Positions 8,564-21,704 of a DNA stretch of 64,000 bases are shown here, piece by piece. The translations under genes and the position numbers were made by a program. Every line of letters begins with the position of its first letter. Positions within the stretch are counted from its first letter, which is position 1. The DNA is from Alphaproteobacteria bacterium (lineage in GTDB: Bacteria; Myxococcota_A; UBA796; CAJQPC01), in NCBI GenBank assembly GCA_020632795.1, contig JACKEV010000010.1, positions 95,127 to 159,126 on the forward strand. The letters are read 5' to 3'. Below the pieces are notes generated by a model. It saw only the letters and a program-made list of their open reading frames with translations, was not told the DNA's origin and made no database searches.

Positions 8564-10132
8564 GTGCGCTCCCTCCCCTGGAAGAGGCTCCTGTTCGCGC
8601 TCGCCCCGGCGGTCGCCCTGCTGCTGGGCGCGGAGGCGGTCCTGCGCGTGGCGTGGCGTCCGCCGCCGGAGGTGCGCGGGGCCGAGGCGGTGCGGGGCAC
8701 GCTGCTCCACCCCCACCCCACCCGGCTGTGGGCCCCCGCCCCCGGGGCGCTGGACAACTTCGGCGTGCCCGTGCGCATCGACGAAGACCACCTGCGGGCC
8801 GAGGTGGCCGGCGCGGCGGGCCCGCTGGTGCTGACCCTGGGGGACTCCAGCGTGTTCGGGCACGGCCTGACCGAGCCCGACACCCTGCACGCCCGGCTCC
8901 ATCAGGCCCTCGCCGCGCGCGGGGTCGACGCCCGGGTCCGCACCCTGGCCATCCCCGGCTACAGCACCGAGCAGCTCAAGGTGGTCCTGGAGGAGGTGGG
9001 CTGGGACATGGGGCCGGCGCTGCTGGTGGTCGGGGCGATGTGGTCGGACAGCAACGTCGACCACTTCCAGGACCGGGTCTGGCTGGAGGCGCTGCGCGCG
9101 CCGGGCAGCCGCCTGCGTCGGCTGGCGCGCCGGACGCGGCTGGTACAGTGGCTGTCGGAGCGCGCGCCCATCGAGGAGACCGGGCAGGCCTCCAACCACA
9201 CGGCGGTCACCTGGGTGCAGGACGCCACCCGCACCGGCCTGCGCCGGGTGCCCCTCCAGGACTACGCCGCGAACCTCGACGGGATCCTGGCCGAGGCCGC
9301 CGCGCGCGGGGTGGGCGCGGTGGTGTTGACGCCATGCTCCAGGTCGCGACTCGCGTCCAGCGAGGGGACCTTCGCGCCCTATGTCGACGCGATGGCCCGG
9401 GTGGCCGCGCGACGGGGTACGCCGCAGGTCGATGCCTGCGCCGCCCTGACCCGGGACGGAGACGCCTGGTTCCTGGACGCGCTGCACCCCAACGGCGCCG
9501 CCAACGCCCGCTACGCCGACGCCCTGGCCGACGCCCTGGTCGCGGCGGGGTGGCCGACCCGGGCCCTGCTCCCCTCCCCGGCCGCGCCCTTCGACACCCC
9601 CCTGGTGGACCCCTACGCCCCGACCCTGCCGGCGACGGCCGCCGAGACCCGTCAAGCCCTCCTCGCCGCCCTCGACACGATGAAAGACGACCCCCTGGCG
9701 GGGCTGGCGGCCTGCGCGGCCATCGGCGAGCCCGCCTCCCGGGAACTCTGCGCGATGGCCGTGATCGCGTCGGATCGGAGCCTGGGGACCCAGGCCTGCG
9801 CGCTGCCCGCCGAGCCGGAGGGCTGCTGGATGGCGCTGGCTCTGGCCACCCGGGAGCCCCGATGGTGCGCCCGCGCCGGGGCACGCAAGGAGGACTGCTG
9901 GCGGGAGCTCTCCCTGCGCCCGGAAGCCCCCTGGCTCCAGGAGGGCCTGACCGGCGCAGCGCTGGTGGACGCCGTCAGCGCCCAGCTCACCCGGGCGGGG
10001 CTGCCGGTGGACCACGCGGAGACCTGGCGATTTGTATTCAGCAATCCGGATCAGGACTGCGCAGCCTACGAGGGCACGGTCGCCGAGCGCTTCTGTGCGG
10101 ACCGGGGGGGGAGCCCTCCAGCGGGGCCTTGA
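8564..10132 (+). CDS. SGNH/GDSL-family hydrolase
   Basis: GTG at 8564 preceded by GGAGG (8556-8560). N-terminal TM/signal segment; LTLGDSSVFGHG is a GDSL motif. The ORF track start at 8483 is probably too early. Confidence 0.6.
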   Translation: MRSLPWKRLLFALAPAVALLLGAEAVLRVAWRPPPEVRGAEAVRGTLLHPHPTRLWAPAPGALDNFGVPVRIDEDHLRAEVAGAAGPLVLTLGDSSVFGHGLTEPDTLHARLHQALAARGVDARVRTLAIPGYSTEQLKVVLEEVGWDMGPALLVVGAMWSDSNVDHFQDRVWLEALRAPGSRLRRLARRTRLVQWLSERAPIEETGQASNHTAVTWVQDATRTGLRRVPLQDYAANLDGILAEAAARGVGAVVLTPCSRSRLASSEGTFAPYVDAMARVAARRGTPQVDACAALTRDGDAWFLDALHPNGAANARYADALADALVAAGWPTRALLPSPAAPFDTPLVDPYAPTLPATAAETRQALLAALDTMKDDPLAGLAACAAIGEPASRELCAMAVIASDRSLGTQACALPAEPEGCWMALALATREPRWCARAGARKEDCWRELSLRPEAPWLQEGLTGAALVDAVSAQLTRAGLPVDHAETWRFVFSNPDQDCAAYEGTVAERFCADRGGSPPAGP

Positions 10133-10223
10133 GGGGCCGAGGGCAGGGGGCCTGGCGATGGGGGGCCGATGCTCCGGAGCGGGTGGTCCATCCCATTCGA
10201 ACACCCCCGAAACAACCCCTCCT

Positions 10224-11789
10224 TCAGAAATCGAGCTGGTCGAAGGTCAGCTCCTGGACCTCGTCCTGGGTCAGCCCCGAGCTGGCCTCGATGCGCAGGT
10301 CGCGGAACACGCCGGAGTCGGTGTCCTCAGCGACCACCTGCACGATGCCGTCGGCGTCGATCTCGAAGCCGATGCGCACCTTGATGTCCCCCCGAGGCGC
10401 CGCCCGCAGGCCGTCGAGCACGAACTGGCCCAGCAGCTCGTTGTCGCCGGCCATGCGGCTCTCGCCCTGGTAGACCTCGACCCGCACCTCGGTCTGGTTG
10501 TCGTGGGCCGTGGAGAAGGTCTTGGCGGAGTCGGTGGGGATCGGGGTGTTGCGGGGGATCAGGACCTCGCAGAAGCCCCCGGCGGTGCGGATGCCCAGGC
10601 TCTGGGGGGTGACGTCCAGCAGCACCGAGCCGGGGGCGTCCAGGTCGTCGGTGGTGAGGTTGTGGGCCTGGATGGCGGCGCCGATGGCCACGACCTGGTC
10701 CGGGTCGATGCCGGTGTACGCGGGCTTGCCGAAGTAGAGGGAGACCGCGTCGCGCACCGCCAGCACCCGGGTCATGCCCCCGACCATCAGGACGTGGTCG
10801 ATCTGCTTGGGGGTCATGTGGGCCTGCTGGAGGGCGTCGTCGCAGGTCAGGAAGGTCTTCTGGATCAGCGGCATCACGATGCGGGCGTACTGATCCCGGG
10901 TCAGCGTGGTCTCCAGGCCCAGCTCCTCGCCCCCCGGCCCCCGGGCCAGCGCCGGGACCGAGATGTTGACCGCCTCGTTGTCCGTGAGGCCGATCTTGGC
11001 GCGCTCGCTGGCGGCCCGCAGCTTGAGCCGCGCGGTGCGGTCCTCGCTCAGGTCCACCCCGGTCTGCCGCTGGAACAGGGCCATCAGGAAGTCCCCGGCG
11101 GCGTAGTCGAAGTCGTCGCCGCCGAGGAAGGTGTCGCCCGAGGTGGAGACCACCTCGAAGATGTCGTCGTCCAGGCGCAGGAGGGACACGTCGAAGGTGC
11201 CGCCGCCCAGGTCGTAGACCGCGATGTGCTGGCGGCGGCCCTTGTTGAAGCCGTAGGCCAGGGCCGCGGCGGTGGGCTCGTTGATGATGCGCAGGCAGTC
11301 CAGGCCCGCGATGGTCGCCGCGTCCCGGGTGGCCTGGCGCTGGTGGTCGTTGAAGTAGGCCGGCACGGTGATGACCGCCCCGGTGACCGGCTCGCCCAGG
11401 GCCTCCTCGGCGACCTGCTTCATGTGGCGCAGCACGTAGGCGGAGATCTCGGGGACGGCGTACACCCGCCCCTGCACGCTGACCCGGGCGTCGCCGTGGG
11501 GCCCCTCGACCACCTCGTAGGCGGTGGAGGCCATGAAGCGCTGGACCACGTCGCTGGACAGCCGCCGCCCGATGAGGCGCTTGGCCGACGCCACGGTGGT
11601 GCGCGGGGCGTAGATCATGTTCCGCCGGGCCCGGTGCCCCACGATGACCTGCCCGCCGTGCCCGAAGGCCACCACCGAGGGCTGGGTGAGGTTCCCGAAG
11701 CCGTCCGCGAGCACCTTGGGGCCGTCGGGGCCCACCCAGGCCACGCAGGAGTTGGAGGTGCCCAGGTCGATGCCTACCGCGACGCCCAT
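10224..11789 (-). CDS. Hsp70-family chaperone (DnaK paralog, short C-terminus)
   Basis: [19 protein letters not shown]... carries DnaK/Hsp70 ATPase-domain signatures throughout. Confidence 0.85.
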   Translation of the reverse strand: MGVAVGIDLGTSNSCVAWVGPDGPKVLADGFGNLTQPSVVAFGHGGQVIVGHRARRNMIYAPRTTVASAKRLIGRRLSSDVVQRFMASTAYEVVEGPHGDARVSVQGRVYAVPEISAYVLRHMKQVAEEALGEPVTGAVITVPAYFNDHQRQATRDAATIAGLDCLRIINEPTAAALAYGFNKGRRQHIAVYDLGGGTFDVSLLRLDDDIFEVVSTSGDTFLGGDDFDYAAGDFLMALFQRQTGVDLSEDRTARLKLRAASERAKIGLTDNEAVNISVPALARGPGGEELGLETTLTRDQYARIVMPLIQKTFLTCDDALQQAHMTPKQIDHVLMVGGMTRVLAVRDAVSLYFGKPAYTGIDPDQVVAIGAAIQAHNLTTDDLDAPGSVLLDVTPQSLGIRTAGGFCEVLIPRNTPIPTDSAKTFSTAHDNQTEVRVEVYQGESRMAGDNELLGQFVLDGLRAAPRGDIKVRIGFEIDADGIVQVVAEDTDSGVFRDLRIEASSGLTQDEVQELTFDQLDF

Positions 11790-12583
11790 GTCTGCTCCTG
11801 GCTGTTCGCCGGGTCGGCCGGCGGGCGCAGGAGCCCGGTCAGCGCGGCCGACATCTCATCATGAAGGAAACCGTTCGTGGCCAGGATACGCTGCCCCTCC
11901 AGATCCAGCGCGCCGCCGTCCATGTCGGTGACCCGCCCGCCGGCCTCGCGGACCAGCAGGGCGCCCGCCGCGATGTCCCAGGGGTTCAGGTTGAACTCCC
12001 AGAACCCGTCCAGCCGCCCGGCCGCCACCCAGGCCAGGTCCAGGGCCGCCGCCCCGGCGCGCCGGAAGCCCTGCGTGCGCAGCAGCATCTCCCGCACGAA
12101 GGAGAGGTAGAAGTCGATGCGCTGCCTGCGATCGTAGGGGAAGCCGCTGGCCACCAGCGAACCGCTCAGTGATGACGTCGAGCTGGTGCGGATCGTCGCG
12201 CCGTTGAGCGCCGCGCCGCCGCCCCGCCGGGCTTCGAACAGCTCGTCCCGGTTGGGGTCGTAGACCACGCCCAGCGCCAGCGCGCCGTCGGTCAGCAGCG
12301 CGATGGACACGCACCAGTGGGGCAACCCGTGCACGAAGTTGGTGGTGCCGTCCAGCGGATCGACGATCCAGCGCGTGGCGGCCCCCTCGGCCCCGCCGCC
12401 CTCCTCGCCCTGGATGGGGATGCCGGGGGCCTCGGCGCTCAGCATGTCCCGGATGAGGGCCTCGGAGGCGAGGTCGACCTGGGTCACGAGGTCGAGGGCG
12501 CCCTTGTGGTCCACCTGGAGGGCGCGCCGCTCAAGCTGGAGCCGCCCGGCCGCGCGGGCGGCGCGTCGGGCCAACTCGATCAT
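11774..12583 (-). CDS. Inositol monophosphatase family protein
   Basis: [25 protein letters not shown] and the surrounding sequence are IMPase signatures. The ATG (12581-12583) overlaps the dtd stop (ATGA). Confidence 0.8.
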   Translation of the reverse strand: MIELARRAARAAGRLQLERRALQVDHKGALDLVTQVDLASEALIRDMLSAEAPGIPIQGEEGGGAEGAATRWIVDPLDGTTNFVHGLPHWCVSIALLTDGALALGVVYDPNRDELFEARRGGGAALNGATIRTSSTSSLSGSLVASGFPYDRRQRIDFYLSFVREMLLRTQGFRRAGAAALDLAWVAAGRLDGFWEFNLNPWDIAAGALLVREAGGRVTDMDGGALDLEGQRILATNGFLHDEMSAALTGLLRPPADPANSQEQTWASR

Positions 12584-13020
12584 GGGGTGTCCACGATCAG
12601 CGTGACCGGGCCGTCGTTGACCAGCGAGACCTGCATGTCGGCGGCGAACACCCCGCGCTGGACCGGCACGCCCAGCGCGCCCAGCAGCGCGCAGAAGCGC
12701 TGGTAGAGCGGATCCGCCAGCTCCGGGGGCGCGGAGCCCACGAAGCTGGGCCGGCGCCCCTTGCGGCAGTCCCCGTAGAGGGTGAACTGGCTGACCACCA
12801 GGGCCTCCCCGCTGACGTCGGTGAGCCCGAGGTTCATCTTGCCCGCGTCGTCCGGGAAGATGCGCAGCCCGGCGAGCTTGCGGGCCATCCAGCCCGCCGC
12901 CGCCTCGTCGTCCCCGGAGGCCACCGCGAGCAGGATGAGGAGCCCCCGCCCGCAGCGGCCGACGACCTCGCCGTCCACGCTGACCGAGGCCTCGCGCACC
13001 CGCTGGACGACCGCCCGCAT
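12580..13020 (-). CDS. dtd: D-aminoacyl-tRNA deacylase
   Basis: MRAVVQRV...SQFTLYGD...GRRPSF are Dtd signatures, including the SQFTL motif. Coupled to the kinase-like gene (TGATG at 13018-13022). Confidence 0.85.
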   Translation of the reverse strand: MRAVVQRVREASVSVDGEVVGRCGRGLLILLAVASGDDEAAAGWMARKLAGLRIFPDDAGKMNLGLTDVSGEALVVSQFTLYGDCRKGRRPSFVGSAPPELADPLYQRFCALLGALGVPVQRGVFAADMQVSLVNDGPVTLIVDTP

Positions 13021-14983
13021 CAGCCGCCTGAGCAGCTGATGGTGTCGCCGCTGACCGCGCAGGTGAACGCGCTGGTCTTCTGGACCGTGAACACGCCCAT
13101 CGACCCACCCTGCTGCACCCGGCAGGTGACGATGCCCTCGAACACCATGCGGGTGGAGCCGGAGAAGCGCCGGCTCTGGCCGTCGCCGCAGTTGACCTCG
13201 ACCTTGTCGGAGGTCCCGGTGACCGAGAGCTTGACCTCGCTGCGGCCGCTGGCCAGGGTCGTGCCCGTGGAGCCGCTGCTGCCCGACGAGCTGCTGCCGC
13301 TGGAGCCGCTGCCGCTGGACGAGCTGCCGCTGGACGACGAGCCGCTGCTGCCCGACGAGCCGCTGCTGGTCTTGCGGACGCCCGAGCCGCTGCTGCTCGA
13401 CGAGCCGCTGCTGCCGGAGCTGCCGGAGCTGGAGGTGGTCTTCGGCGGCGGCTTGGGGGGATCGGGCTCCGGCGGGGGCGCGTCGGGCGGGGCCTCCGGG
13501 ATGGTGCCGGTGTCCACCTTCTCCTTGGGCTGATCGGTTGGATCCTCGGGCTGCACGACGTCGCTGGGGTCGGGCTCGACCACGTCCCCGGTGCCCTGGT
13601 TGGAGAAGAACCAGTACGCCGCGCCGCCGATGCCGCCCAGGCCCAGGCAGCCGAACACCATGACGGCCACGCCGATGGCCACCCACTTCAGGGGGCTGGA
13701 GGAGGGCTTCTCGTCGGGGTCGGGCTGGGCGGCGTCCGGATCGTCGTAGCTGGCGGCGGTGGGGCCCTGGATGTTGAAGTGCTGAGGCCGAGGATCCGGG
13801 GGCGGCGGGACGTCGTCCCGGGGCTGGGTGGGCTCGTCGTGCCCGTCGAACCCCTCGTCCCCGAAGAAGTCGTCGCTGGCGGAGCGCTGCGGCGGCTCCT
13901 GCCGCGGCGGCGGGTAGGGGGGCGGCGTGCGGACCGGCTCGCGCTGGATGGGCTCCGGCGGGGGCGGGGGCGGCGGCTCCCAGGCGGGCGGCGACGGGGC
14001 CTGGGGCAGCCGGGGCGGCTCGGGGGTGGAGGCCGGGGACGACCACTGCGCGGCGACGGGCCCACCGAGGTCCTCCTCGGGCGGCGCGGCCGGGCGGCGC
14101 CGGCCCGACGGCTGGGGCGCGTCGATCTGCCGAGGCTCGCGGAAGTTCTGGGCAGGCGGCAGCTCCTCGCTGTCGTCGTCCTCCTCCTCGGCGAGCAGGG
14201 CGGCGATCTTCTCGCGGCTCCAGAAGGCCGTGGACTCGCCCTTGGCGGAGGGCGCGGTGCGCTGGTTCTTGAAGCCGCCCGAGAAGTCCGCCGGCAGCGG
14301 GCCGCTGATGGCCTCGGGGCCGCCGAGGTCCTCGGTGATGGGGCCCGGGGCGCGGCGGCGGGGGGCGGCCTGGCCTCCCCCGGTGCCGATGGAGCGGGGC
14401 GCCCACTGGACCAGGCCTCGCCCGGGGCACTTGGAGCCGACCTCGGCGAGCACGTTCGCCGCGTCGAGGGCCTCTGGACGATCCTCCGGGTAGTACGCCA
14501 TGATCTGACAGAGGAAGCGACGGACCTCCTCCAGCCAGCGGCGCCCCTCGACCTCGGAGAAGTCCATGGCCAGCACGCGGTCGATGACCGCGTTGTCGTG
14601 GGCGTCGGGGTCCTTGGGCAGGCGCCCCAGGGGCTCGGGGGACATGAGCGAGTGCAGCACCACCCCCAGGCCGAACATGTCGGTCTTGAGGCCGATGGGC
14701 CGCCCCTCGGGGGCCCGCGACGTGCGCCGGGGCACGCCGAAGCCCTCGATGGACACCGCCCCGCTGCCGTCGACCTTGACGATGCCGGGCTTGATGTCGC
14801 CGTGGACCGCGCCGTCCTCCTCGGAGATCGTCAGGATGTCGGCCAGCGCCGAGCCGATCTCCAGCGCGACCTTGATGGGCGGTCGCTCGCGGTCGAGCAG
14901 GGTGGCGAGGTCGATGCCCTCGGCCTCGCCCTCCAGGGTGAGGATGTTGCCCTCGAGGCCGGCCTCTCGGGTGTAGTGGTAGC

Positions 14984-14987
<4 letters not shown>
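13020..14987 (-). CDS. Ser/Thr protein-kinase-like membrane protein lacking the ATP-binding N-lobe
   Basis: HGDIKP (catalytic loop), EGFG (DFG-like), APE and DMFGLG are all present. There is no GxGxxG/VAIK N-lobe. A Pro-rich linker, a TM segment, a Ser/Gly-rich tract and a small Cys-containing C-terminal domain follow. The GTG start overlaps the gatB stop (GTGA). Confidence 0.6.
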
Positions 14988-16411
<1,424 letters not shown>

Positions 16412-16420
16412 ACCGCCTGC

Positions 16421-18046
16421 TTATCTCGGAACGGCCACGAGGTGGGCCAGGAAGCCCCCCCGCTGCACCGTCGCCACGGTCTCGTACCGCGCTCGGGCCC
16501 AGGCCCCCATCGCCTGCTCGTGGGGGCCGACGCCCACCGGCCCCTCGATCAGCACCACGTAGGGGATGTCCCCCTCCCCCGGGCACTGCGCGCGCAGGAT
16601 GTCCACGCAGGCCAGGAAGTCGGCCTCGGTCGCGCCGAACGGGCAGGGCGTCTGGGGGCAGTAGTCCCGCCCGGCGTGGGCGGCGGCCTCGCGCACCGGG
16701 GAGGCCGCGCCCCCGGGCCCCGGGAAGCGCGCCGCGATCGCCGCCCCCAGCTCCCGCGCGGCCACGGCCTGCCCCAGAGGCGGCAGAGGCACCTCGCGCA
16801 GGGGGGCGCCGACGTGCCAGGCCGTCCAGGTCAGGGTCCAGGCCGGGATCAGGGCGAGGAGCCCCCGGGGCCAGCGCGACCACCGCAGCCGCACGAGGCC
16901 CTCCGCGAACGCGAAGGGGCTCACCAGCCCCCGCACCACCAGCACCGCCGCGAAGGGCAGCAGGTTCGCGGCGTACCGGGGCTCGGCCCCCGCCGCCGCC
17001 AGCACCGGCAGGGGGGCGAGGCAGGCCAGCAGGGCCAGCCCCAGACCCAGGTCCGGCCAGCTCATCAGCGCGCGCAGCTTGTCCGTGAGGCCCGCGCCAT
17101 CGGGCTTCTTGCACCCTCCCAGCCCCAGGCCGACCACCCCCACCCAGGGCGCGGCGAGCACCAGCGTCCAGGGCATCCACCACGCCCAGAAGGGCGAGAG
17201 CCCCGCCTGCAGCGCCTCGGGTACGGCCTGGGCGGCCCCGGTCAGCAGGGTCGTCCGGGCTGCCTCGGACAGCGCCCCGGCCTCGGCCTGCTCCCCCTTG
17301 GCCACGCCCTCGGAGATGGAGGTCACCAGCTCCGCGGGGCTCGGCAGGGGGAGGACCCGGGAGAGCAGCCACACCGTGGCCGCTGCGGCGCCGAGGTGAA
17401 GCAGCACCGCCGCCGGGCGCCGCCAGCCCTTGGGGCCGCGCAGCAGGATGAGCAGCGCGGGCGGCAGGGCGTACGGCAGCGCGGTGAAGTGGGTCAGCGC
17501 GGCCAGCCCGGCCACCGCCCCGGCCACCGGCGCCAGGCCCCACCACCGCCGCACCGGCACCGCCGCCAGCAGGGCCAGGGGCAGCATGAACGCCACCGCC
17601 GCGTCGACCCCGTAGCGCCGGGAGGCCACCACCAGCGGCGCGCAGAACAGCACGGTCACCCCGGCGGCGAACCCGGTGAACGGCCCGCCGCCGGCCCGGC
17701 CCAGGCCATAGACCACCAGCGGCAGGGCCAGCATCAGGGCGTGGTTCACCCCGTGCCCGGCGAGGGCCACGTCCGGCCAGCCGAACAGCGCGGCGGCCAC
17801 CAGCATCAGCCAGGTGGGCATGCGGTGGACGTCGAGGGCCCCGACGTCGCCCCGGTGCAGGTGGGTGGCGTTGGCGGCCCACTCCCCGGCGTCCGGCCCG
17901 TCCAGCACCGCGTCGTGCAGGGTGGCCCAGGCGGGCAGGCCCTCCACCGCCCCGGTGTGCGCGGCGGGCATCGTGGTCCAGCCCAGGGCCAGCAGGGCGA
18001 CCAGGGCGACCCCGTCGATCAGCGCGCGGACCCGCCGCTCCGTCAT
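16421..18046 (-). CDS. Polytopic membrane protein, glycosyltransferase family 39 / ArnT-like
   Basis: About 12 predicted TM helices. The N-terminal loop and overall architecture resemble PMT_2 / ArnT-type glycosyltransferases. Confidence 0.5.
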   Translation of the reverse strand: MTERRVRALIDGVALVALLALGWTTMPAAHTGAVEGLPAWATLHDAVLDGPDAGEWAANATHLHRGDVGALDVHRMPTWLMLVAAALFGWPDVALAGHGVNHALMLALPLVVYGLGRAGGGPFTGFAAGVTVLFCAPLVVASRRYGVDAAVAFMLPLALLAAVPVRRWWGLAPVAGAVAGLAALTHFTALPYALPPALLILLRGPKGWRRPAAVLLHLGAAAATVWLLSRVLPLPSPAELVTSISEGVAKGEQAEAGALSEAARTTLLTGAAQAVPEALQAGLSPFWAWWMPWTLVLAAPWVGVVGLGLGGCKKPDGAGLTDKLRALMSWPDLGLGLALLACLAPLPVLAAAGAEPRYAANLLPFAAVLVVRGLVSPFAFAEGLVRLRWSRWPRGLLALIPAWTLTWTAWHVGAPLREVPLPPLGQAVAARELGAAIAARFPGPGGAASPVREAAAHAGRDYCPQTPCPFGATEADFLACVDILRAQCPGEGDIPYVVLIEGPVGVGPHEQAMGAWARARYETVATVQRGGFLAHLVAVPR

Positions 18047-18051
18047 GGGCC

Positions 18052-19995
18052 GTGCTCCGGGAGGGAGTCCCGGATGATAGCATCCGGCCGATGTGGCTCC
18101 TGGCGCCGTGGCTGGTGGGTTCGAGCGTGGCGATGGCCTGGGAGGCGATCGGGCCCGAGCGCGGGCATGTGCTGGACGCGGCGGTCTGCCGGGACGATGT
18201 GTGGGTGGCCACCCGGGCCGGGGTGATGCGGGCGGACCTCGACCTGACCCGCTGGACCCGGGACGCGCGCTTCCCCGGGGACACCCGCAGCCTGGCCTGC
18301 GCGGGCGACGACCTCTACGCGGCCAGCCCGGGGGCCGTGGTGCGCATCGGGGACGAAGCGCCCTTGTGGACCTCGACCGAGGATCACGCCGTGGACCTCG
18401 CGGTCTCGGGCGGCGCCCTGCTCGCCGCCATCCGGGGCCCGGAGGCGGGCCTCTACCGTCTGACGGAGGGGGCCCTGCAGCGCACGCTGGCGGTGGACCC
18501 CTGGCGCGTCGCGGTCCGCGATGACGCCGTGCTCATCGGCACCACGGACGCCGGGGCCCTCAGGTCCACCGACGGGGGGCGCACGTTCACGACCCTGCGC
18601 GCTGAAGGGGCCGTCCCGGCGGTCACCTGGCAGGGCGACGTCCCCTGGCTCGCCCTGGCGGACGGCAGGATCCTGGCCGACGGGCAGGAGGTCGCCGCGG
18701 TGTCCAAGGGCCAGGTCCGCGCGCTCGTGCCGGTCGAGGGGGGCGTGCTGGCGGTCGTCGCGGGGGAGGAGGGCGGCGAGAACCGGCTGCTGGTGGGCAA
18801 CAACGAGGGCTTCGAGCGCGTGGACCGCGACGCCGTGGACACCGACCCGGGCCAGGTCGACTACACCGGGGCGTGGGCGCTGCCGGGCGGCCGGGCGCTG
18901 GTGGGCACCTTCCGCCGGGGGCCGCTGCTGTGGGACGGGGGGCTCGCCACGGCGCGGGCGGGCTTCCAGGCCACCATCACGGGGGGGGTCGCGGTGGACG
19001 ACGCCGGGCGCATGCTGCTCGCGCTCATGGGCACCGGCCTGTACGCCACCCCGGACGGGGTCCGATGGACGGCGCTGCACGGCTCGACCTCGGCGGTGAC
19101 CGACAGCGTGGCGGTGGTGCCGGTGCGGGAGGGCCTGGCGGTCCTGGACTTCGACGGGATCGGCCTGTGGCGGTCGGACGGCCCGTGGGAGCGGCGGGCG
19201 GGGGGCGGCGAGGGCCGGGAGCGGCGGGGCAGCCACCTCGTCGACCTGGCCGAGGACGCGGAGGGCCGGTGGTGGGCCATCGACCAGCGGGGCGGGCTGT
19301 GGCTGCGGGAGGGCGAGGCCTGGACCCGCTGCGCGACCACCGGCGGCCTGCACCTGGACGGGCGCGGGGCGGGGCTCCGCTTGTTCACCCGGGACGGGGT
19401 GCGCACCCCCGGCGACTGTGTCGCGCGCTGGCCGTCGGACCCCGACGCCCCGGCGGGCCTGGACCCGGTGGGCAGCCGGGCGGACGGCGGCTGGCTGGCG
19501 ACGGCCGGGGCGCTCTATCGGGATGGCGCACGGGTGGCAGACCTGCCCCAGGCGCCGGTCAGCGCCCTGGCGGCGGGTCCGCGGGCCGCGCTGGTGGGCC
19601 TCAAGGATGGCCGCGTGTTCGAGTGCGCAGCGGACTGTGTCGCGCTGACGACCGTCTCCGGGGAGCCCGCGGGGCTCGGGTGGCTGAAGCGCGATCTGGT
19701 CTGGGTGATGGAGGCCGCCGGGACTCTGTGGGTGTCGTCGGGGGCGGGGACGCCCACGCCGGGATCGCGGCGGTACGAGGGGCGGCTGCGGGGGTCGCCG
19801 ATGGAGCTGGAGCGGGCGCCGTGGTCGCGGGAGGGAAGGAGTGCGGTGGGGGGGGCGGGGCCGGCGGTGGCGCCGCGGGTGGTGGCGCCACCGCCGCCGG
19901 TGGAGGCTCCGGCGTCTCGGCCGATGGATGGTTGGGTGGGGTTGGCGGCGTTGGGGTTGGCGGGGCTTTGGGCGGTGGTGATGTTGAAAAGGTAG
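18052..19995 (+). CDS. Secreted BNR/Asp-box beta-propeller protein with a C-terminal TM anchor (likely start at 18091)
   Basis: MWLLAPWLVGSSVAMA is a signal peptide. STDGGRTF and similar segments are Asp-box motifs. C-terminal hydrophobic helix WVGLAALGLAGLWAVVML. Confidence 0.55.
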   Translation: MLREGVPDDSIRPMWLLAPWLVGSSVAMAWEAIGPERGHVLDAAVCRDDVWVATRAGVMRADLDLTRWTRDARFPGDTRSLACAGDDLYAASPGAVVRIGDEAPLWTSTEDHAVDLAVSGGALLAAIRGPEAGLYRLTEGALQRTLAVDPWRVAVRDDAVLIGTTDAGALRSTDGGRTFTTLRAEGAVPAVTWQGDVPWLALADGRILADGQEVAAVSKGQVRALVPVEGGVLAVVAGEEGGENRLLVGNNEGFERVDRDAVDTDPGQVDYTGAWALPGGRALVGTFRRGPLLWDGGLATARAGFQATITGGVAVDDAGRMLLALMGTGLYATPDGVRWTALHGSTSAVTDSVAVVPVREGLAVLDFDGIGLWRSDGPWERRAGGGEGRERRGSHLVDLAEDAEGRWWAIDQRGGLWLREGEAWTRCATTGGLHLDGRGAGLRLFTRDGVRTPGDCVARWPSDPDAPAGLDPVGSRADGGWLATAGALYRDGARVADLPQAPVSALAAGPRAALVGLKDGRVFECAADCVALTTVSGEPAGLGWLKRDLVWVMEAAGTLWVSSGAGTPTPGSRRYEGRLRGSPMELERAPWSREGRSAVGGAGPAVAPRVVAPPPPVEAPASRPMDGWVGLAALGLAGLWAVVMLKR

Positions 19996-20093
19996 GGGTG
20001 GTCAGTAGCGGCCGCCATTGCGCCGGACCGCAGGGGGTCATCCCACCCCCGCGACGAGCGTTGGAGAAAGCCGACCTGCGATCAGATGTACGT

Positions 20094-21704
20094 TCATCCT
20101 GGGCAGCCAGCAGCAAAGTCCGCATAATCGCGGCGAACCCGAGAACTCCATACGAATCCTGCGCCATCCAGGACCAAGCCCGTCCCGACCATGCTCCAGC
20201 CGGCGGTGTTTACACCTGGCCAAGGCCCCCGTGGTTGCTGTGCCTGATCTGCCGCCACAGTCTGCCACCAGCCCAAGGCCACGGCGCCGCCTCCAAGCAG
20301 CATCAGGCTACCACCGACTGCCATGATACGTCTGCCCGATACAGCGGGGGATGCCCTTTCGATATACATGCAGTTCGTTTGGCGGGGAAACACAACAGCT
20401 GTCTGCGCCTCACCACCAACATGAAGGAAGTATGGCCCAGCGGGTCGCTCCAGGGAAAAGGGAGTGTAGCCGAGGTGCTGACCGTCCTGACTCACAGGGA
20501 GAACAAGTGGACGTCCACGTTGGTTGGTTGCAAGCAGATGTGCCGTTCCCTGAGGGTTTCCTCCCGCCAAGTCCAACACCAGCGTTTCCCCCGGGAGAAC
20601 CTTGACTACCTCGATACTCCCGCCGTCGAACTGTATCGTCACGGGCCCGGGTCGAACATCGAATGACGCCGTGCCGTAATCAGGCATCGCCTGTTTGCGT
20701 ACGCCGTTGATGACCGGTGTACCACCATTCGTAACTCGGAGTTCTATGTGCCCCAGTGGCGGCGAGGTAATCACAACTTCCGTGGTCTCACCAGAGACCA
20801 CGAACAACCGAACGCCTGGTCGGTAGCGTCCTTTCGTGTCGATGACCTGAGGCGGGTCATGTTCCGTGCTGGTCGCCCCATAAACCTGAGCAGGTAGCAC
20901 CGCTGCCAATTCGCCCAAAGTAATGAAACGGTCATGATTCAGATCGGCTGCACCCTCAATCGCGCGGACCAACTCACAGGTAAACCACCCTCCCCCCTGC
21001 CCATCGCAAGCAGCCGCCGACTCATAGCTTTCCTGCGTCTCAACAGAGGAAGCCATCATCCAGCGAGTCTGCCCGGCTCTTAGCAAGCTCTCGTTGATGC
21101 CGTCAATATTGAAGTTACCCAAACTCTTGCCACCCTTCGGGCGCATCTCCAGGCTGCCTGCGTGACAAGCGTCAACGAACACGAGGACGTGGGAGGATGA
21201 AAGAGCATCCATCCAGTTGACGTAGGTATCCTCAGAGAGCCCCGTATCTTCAATAGAGTACCGCCGCGTATCGTGCATCACCAAGTACATCTTCCCATCT
21301 TGGCCAGGATACCCGTGGGTAGAAATGAAAAGTATAAACACATCCGGCGGATTCTGGATGATCTTCCTCATCGCAGCATCCACACCTTCAACCGTTGCTG
21401 CTTCATTTAATAGGAGTGTCACATCCTTCGGCGAAAACGCGCCGGCAGATCGTTTGATCAAGGTATCACGGAACAGTTCAGCGTCCTGAGCAGCGTATTC
21501 CAAACGCGGGATCCCCAGGTCGTCCTTCTTGAGGTCCTCTCCCGTAGTGGAGAACTCGGAGATCCCCACGATTAGAGCCTTGTACTCCAATCTCATGTCA
21601 AGCCCGGCGGAGGGCACACTGGCCGGCACACGTTCAATGTCGCGCGAACCAGCAAACGATAGATCTTGAAGGAAAAATATAACCATCGCGAATAGCGGCA
21701 TCAT
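20094..21704 (-). CDS. Caspase-domain (peptidase C14) protein, extracytoplasmic, dyad intact
   Basis: ALIVGISEF...ISTHGYPG (catalytic His) ...VFVDACHAG (catalytic Cys). C-terminal beta-sandwich region and a Gly-rich TM tail. Lower GC than the flanks. Confidence 0.75.
   Translation of the reverse strand: MMPLFAMVIFFLQDLSFAGSRDIERVPASVPSAGLDMRLEYKALIVGISEFSTTGEDLKKDDLGIPRLEYAAQDAELFRDTLIKRSAGAFSPKDVTLLLNEAATVEGVDAAMRKIIQNPPDVFILFISTHGYPGQDGKMYLVMHDTRRYSIEDTGLSEDTYVNWMDALSSSHVLVFVDACHAGSLEMRPKGGKSLGNFNIDGINESLLRAGQTRWMMASSVETQESYESAAACDGQGGGWFTCELVRAIEGAADLNHDRFITLGELAAVLPAQVYGATSTEHDPPQVIDTKGRYRPGVRLFVVSGETTEVVITSPPLGHIELRVTNGGTPVINGVRKQAMPDYGTASFDVRPGPVTIQFDGGSIEVVKVLPGETLVLDLAGGNPQGTAHLLATNQRGRPLVLPVSQDGQHLGYTPFSLERPAGPYFLHVGGEAQTAVVFPRQTNCMYIERASPAVSGRRIMAVGGSLMLLGGGAVALGWWQTVAADQAQQPRGPWPGVNTAGWSMVGTGLVLDGAGFVWSSRVRRDYADFAAGCPG

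Noticed and set aside
8392-10473. 693-aa plus-strand ORF spanning the GDSL and Hsp70 loci
   Set aside because: Arg/Gly/Pro-rich nonsense frame. The real genes are 8564-10132 (+) and 10224-11789 (-).
12580-14430. 616-aa minus ORF fused upstream of dtd
   Set aside because: Only the last 147 codons (dtd) are coding. The upstream part is the antisense/alternate frame of the kinase-like gene.
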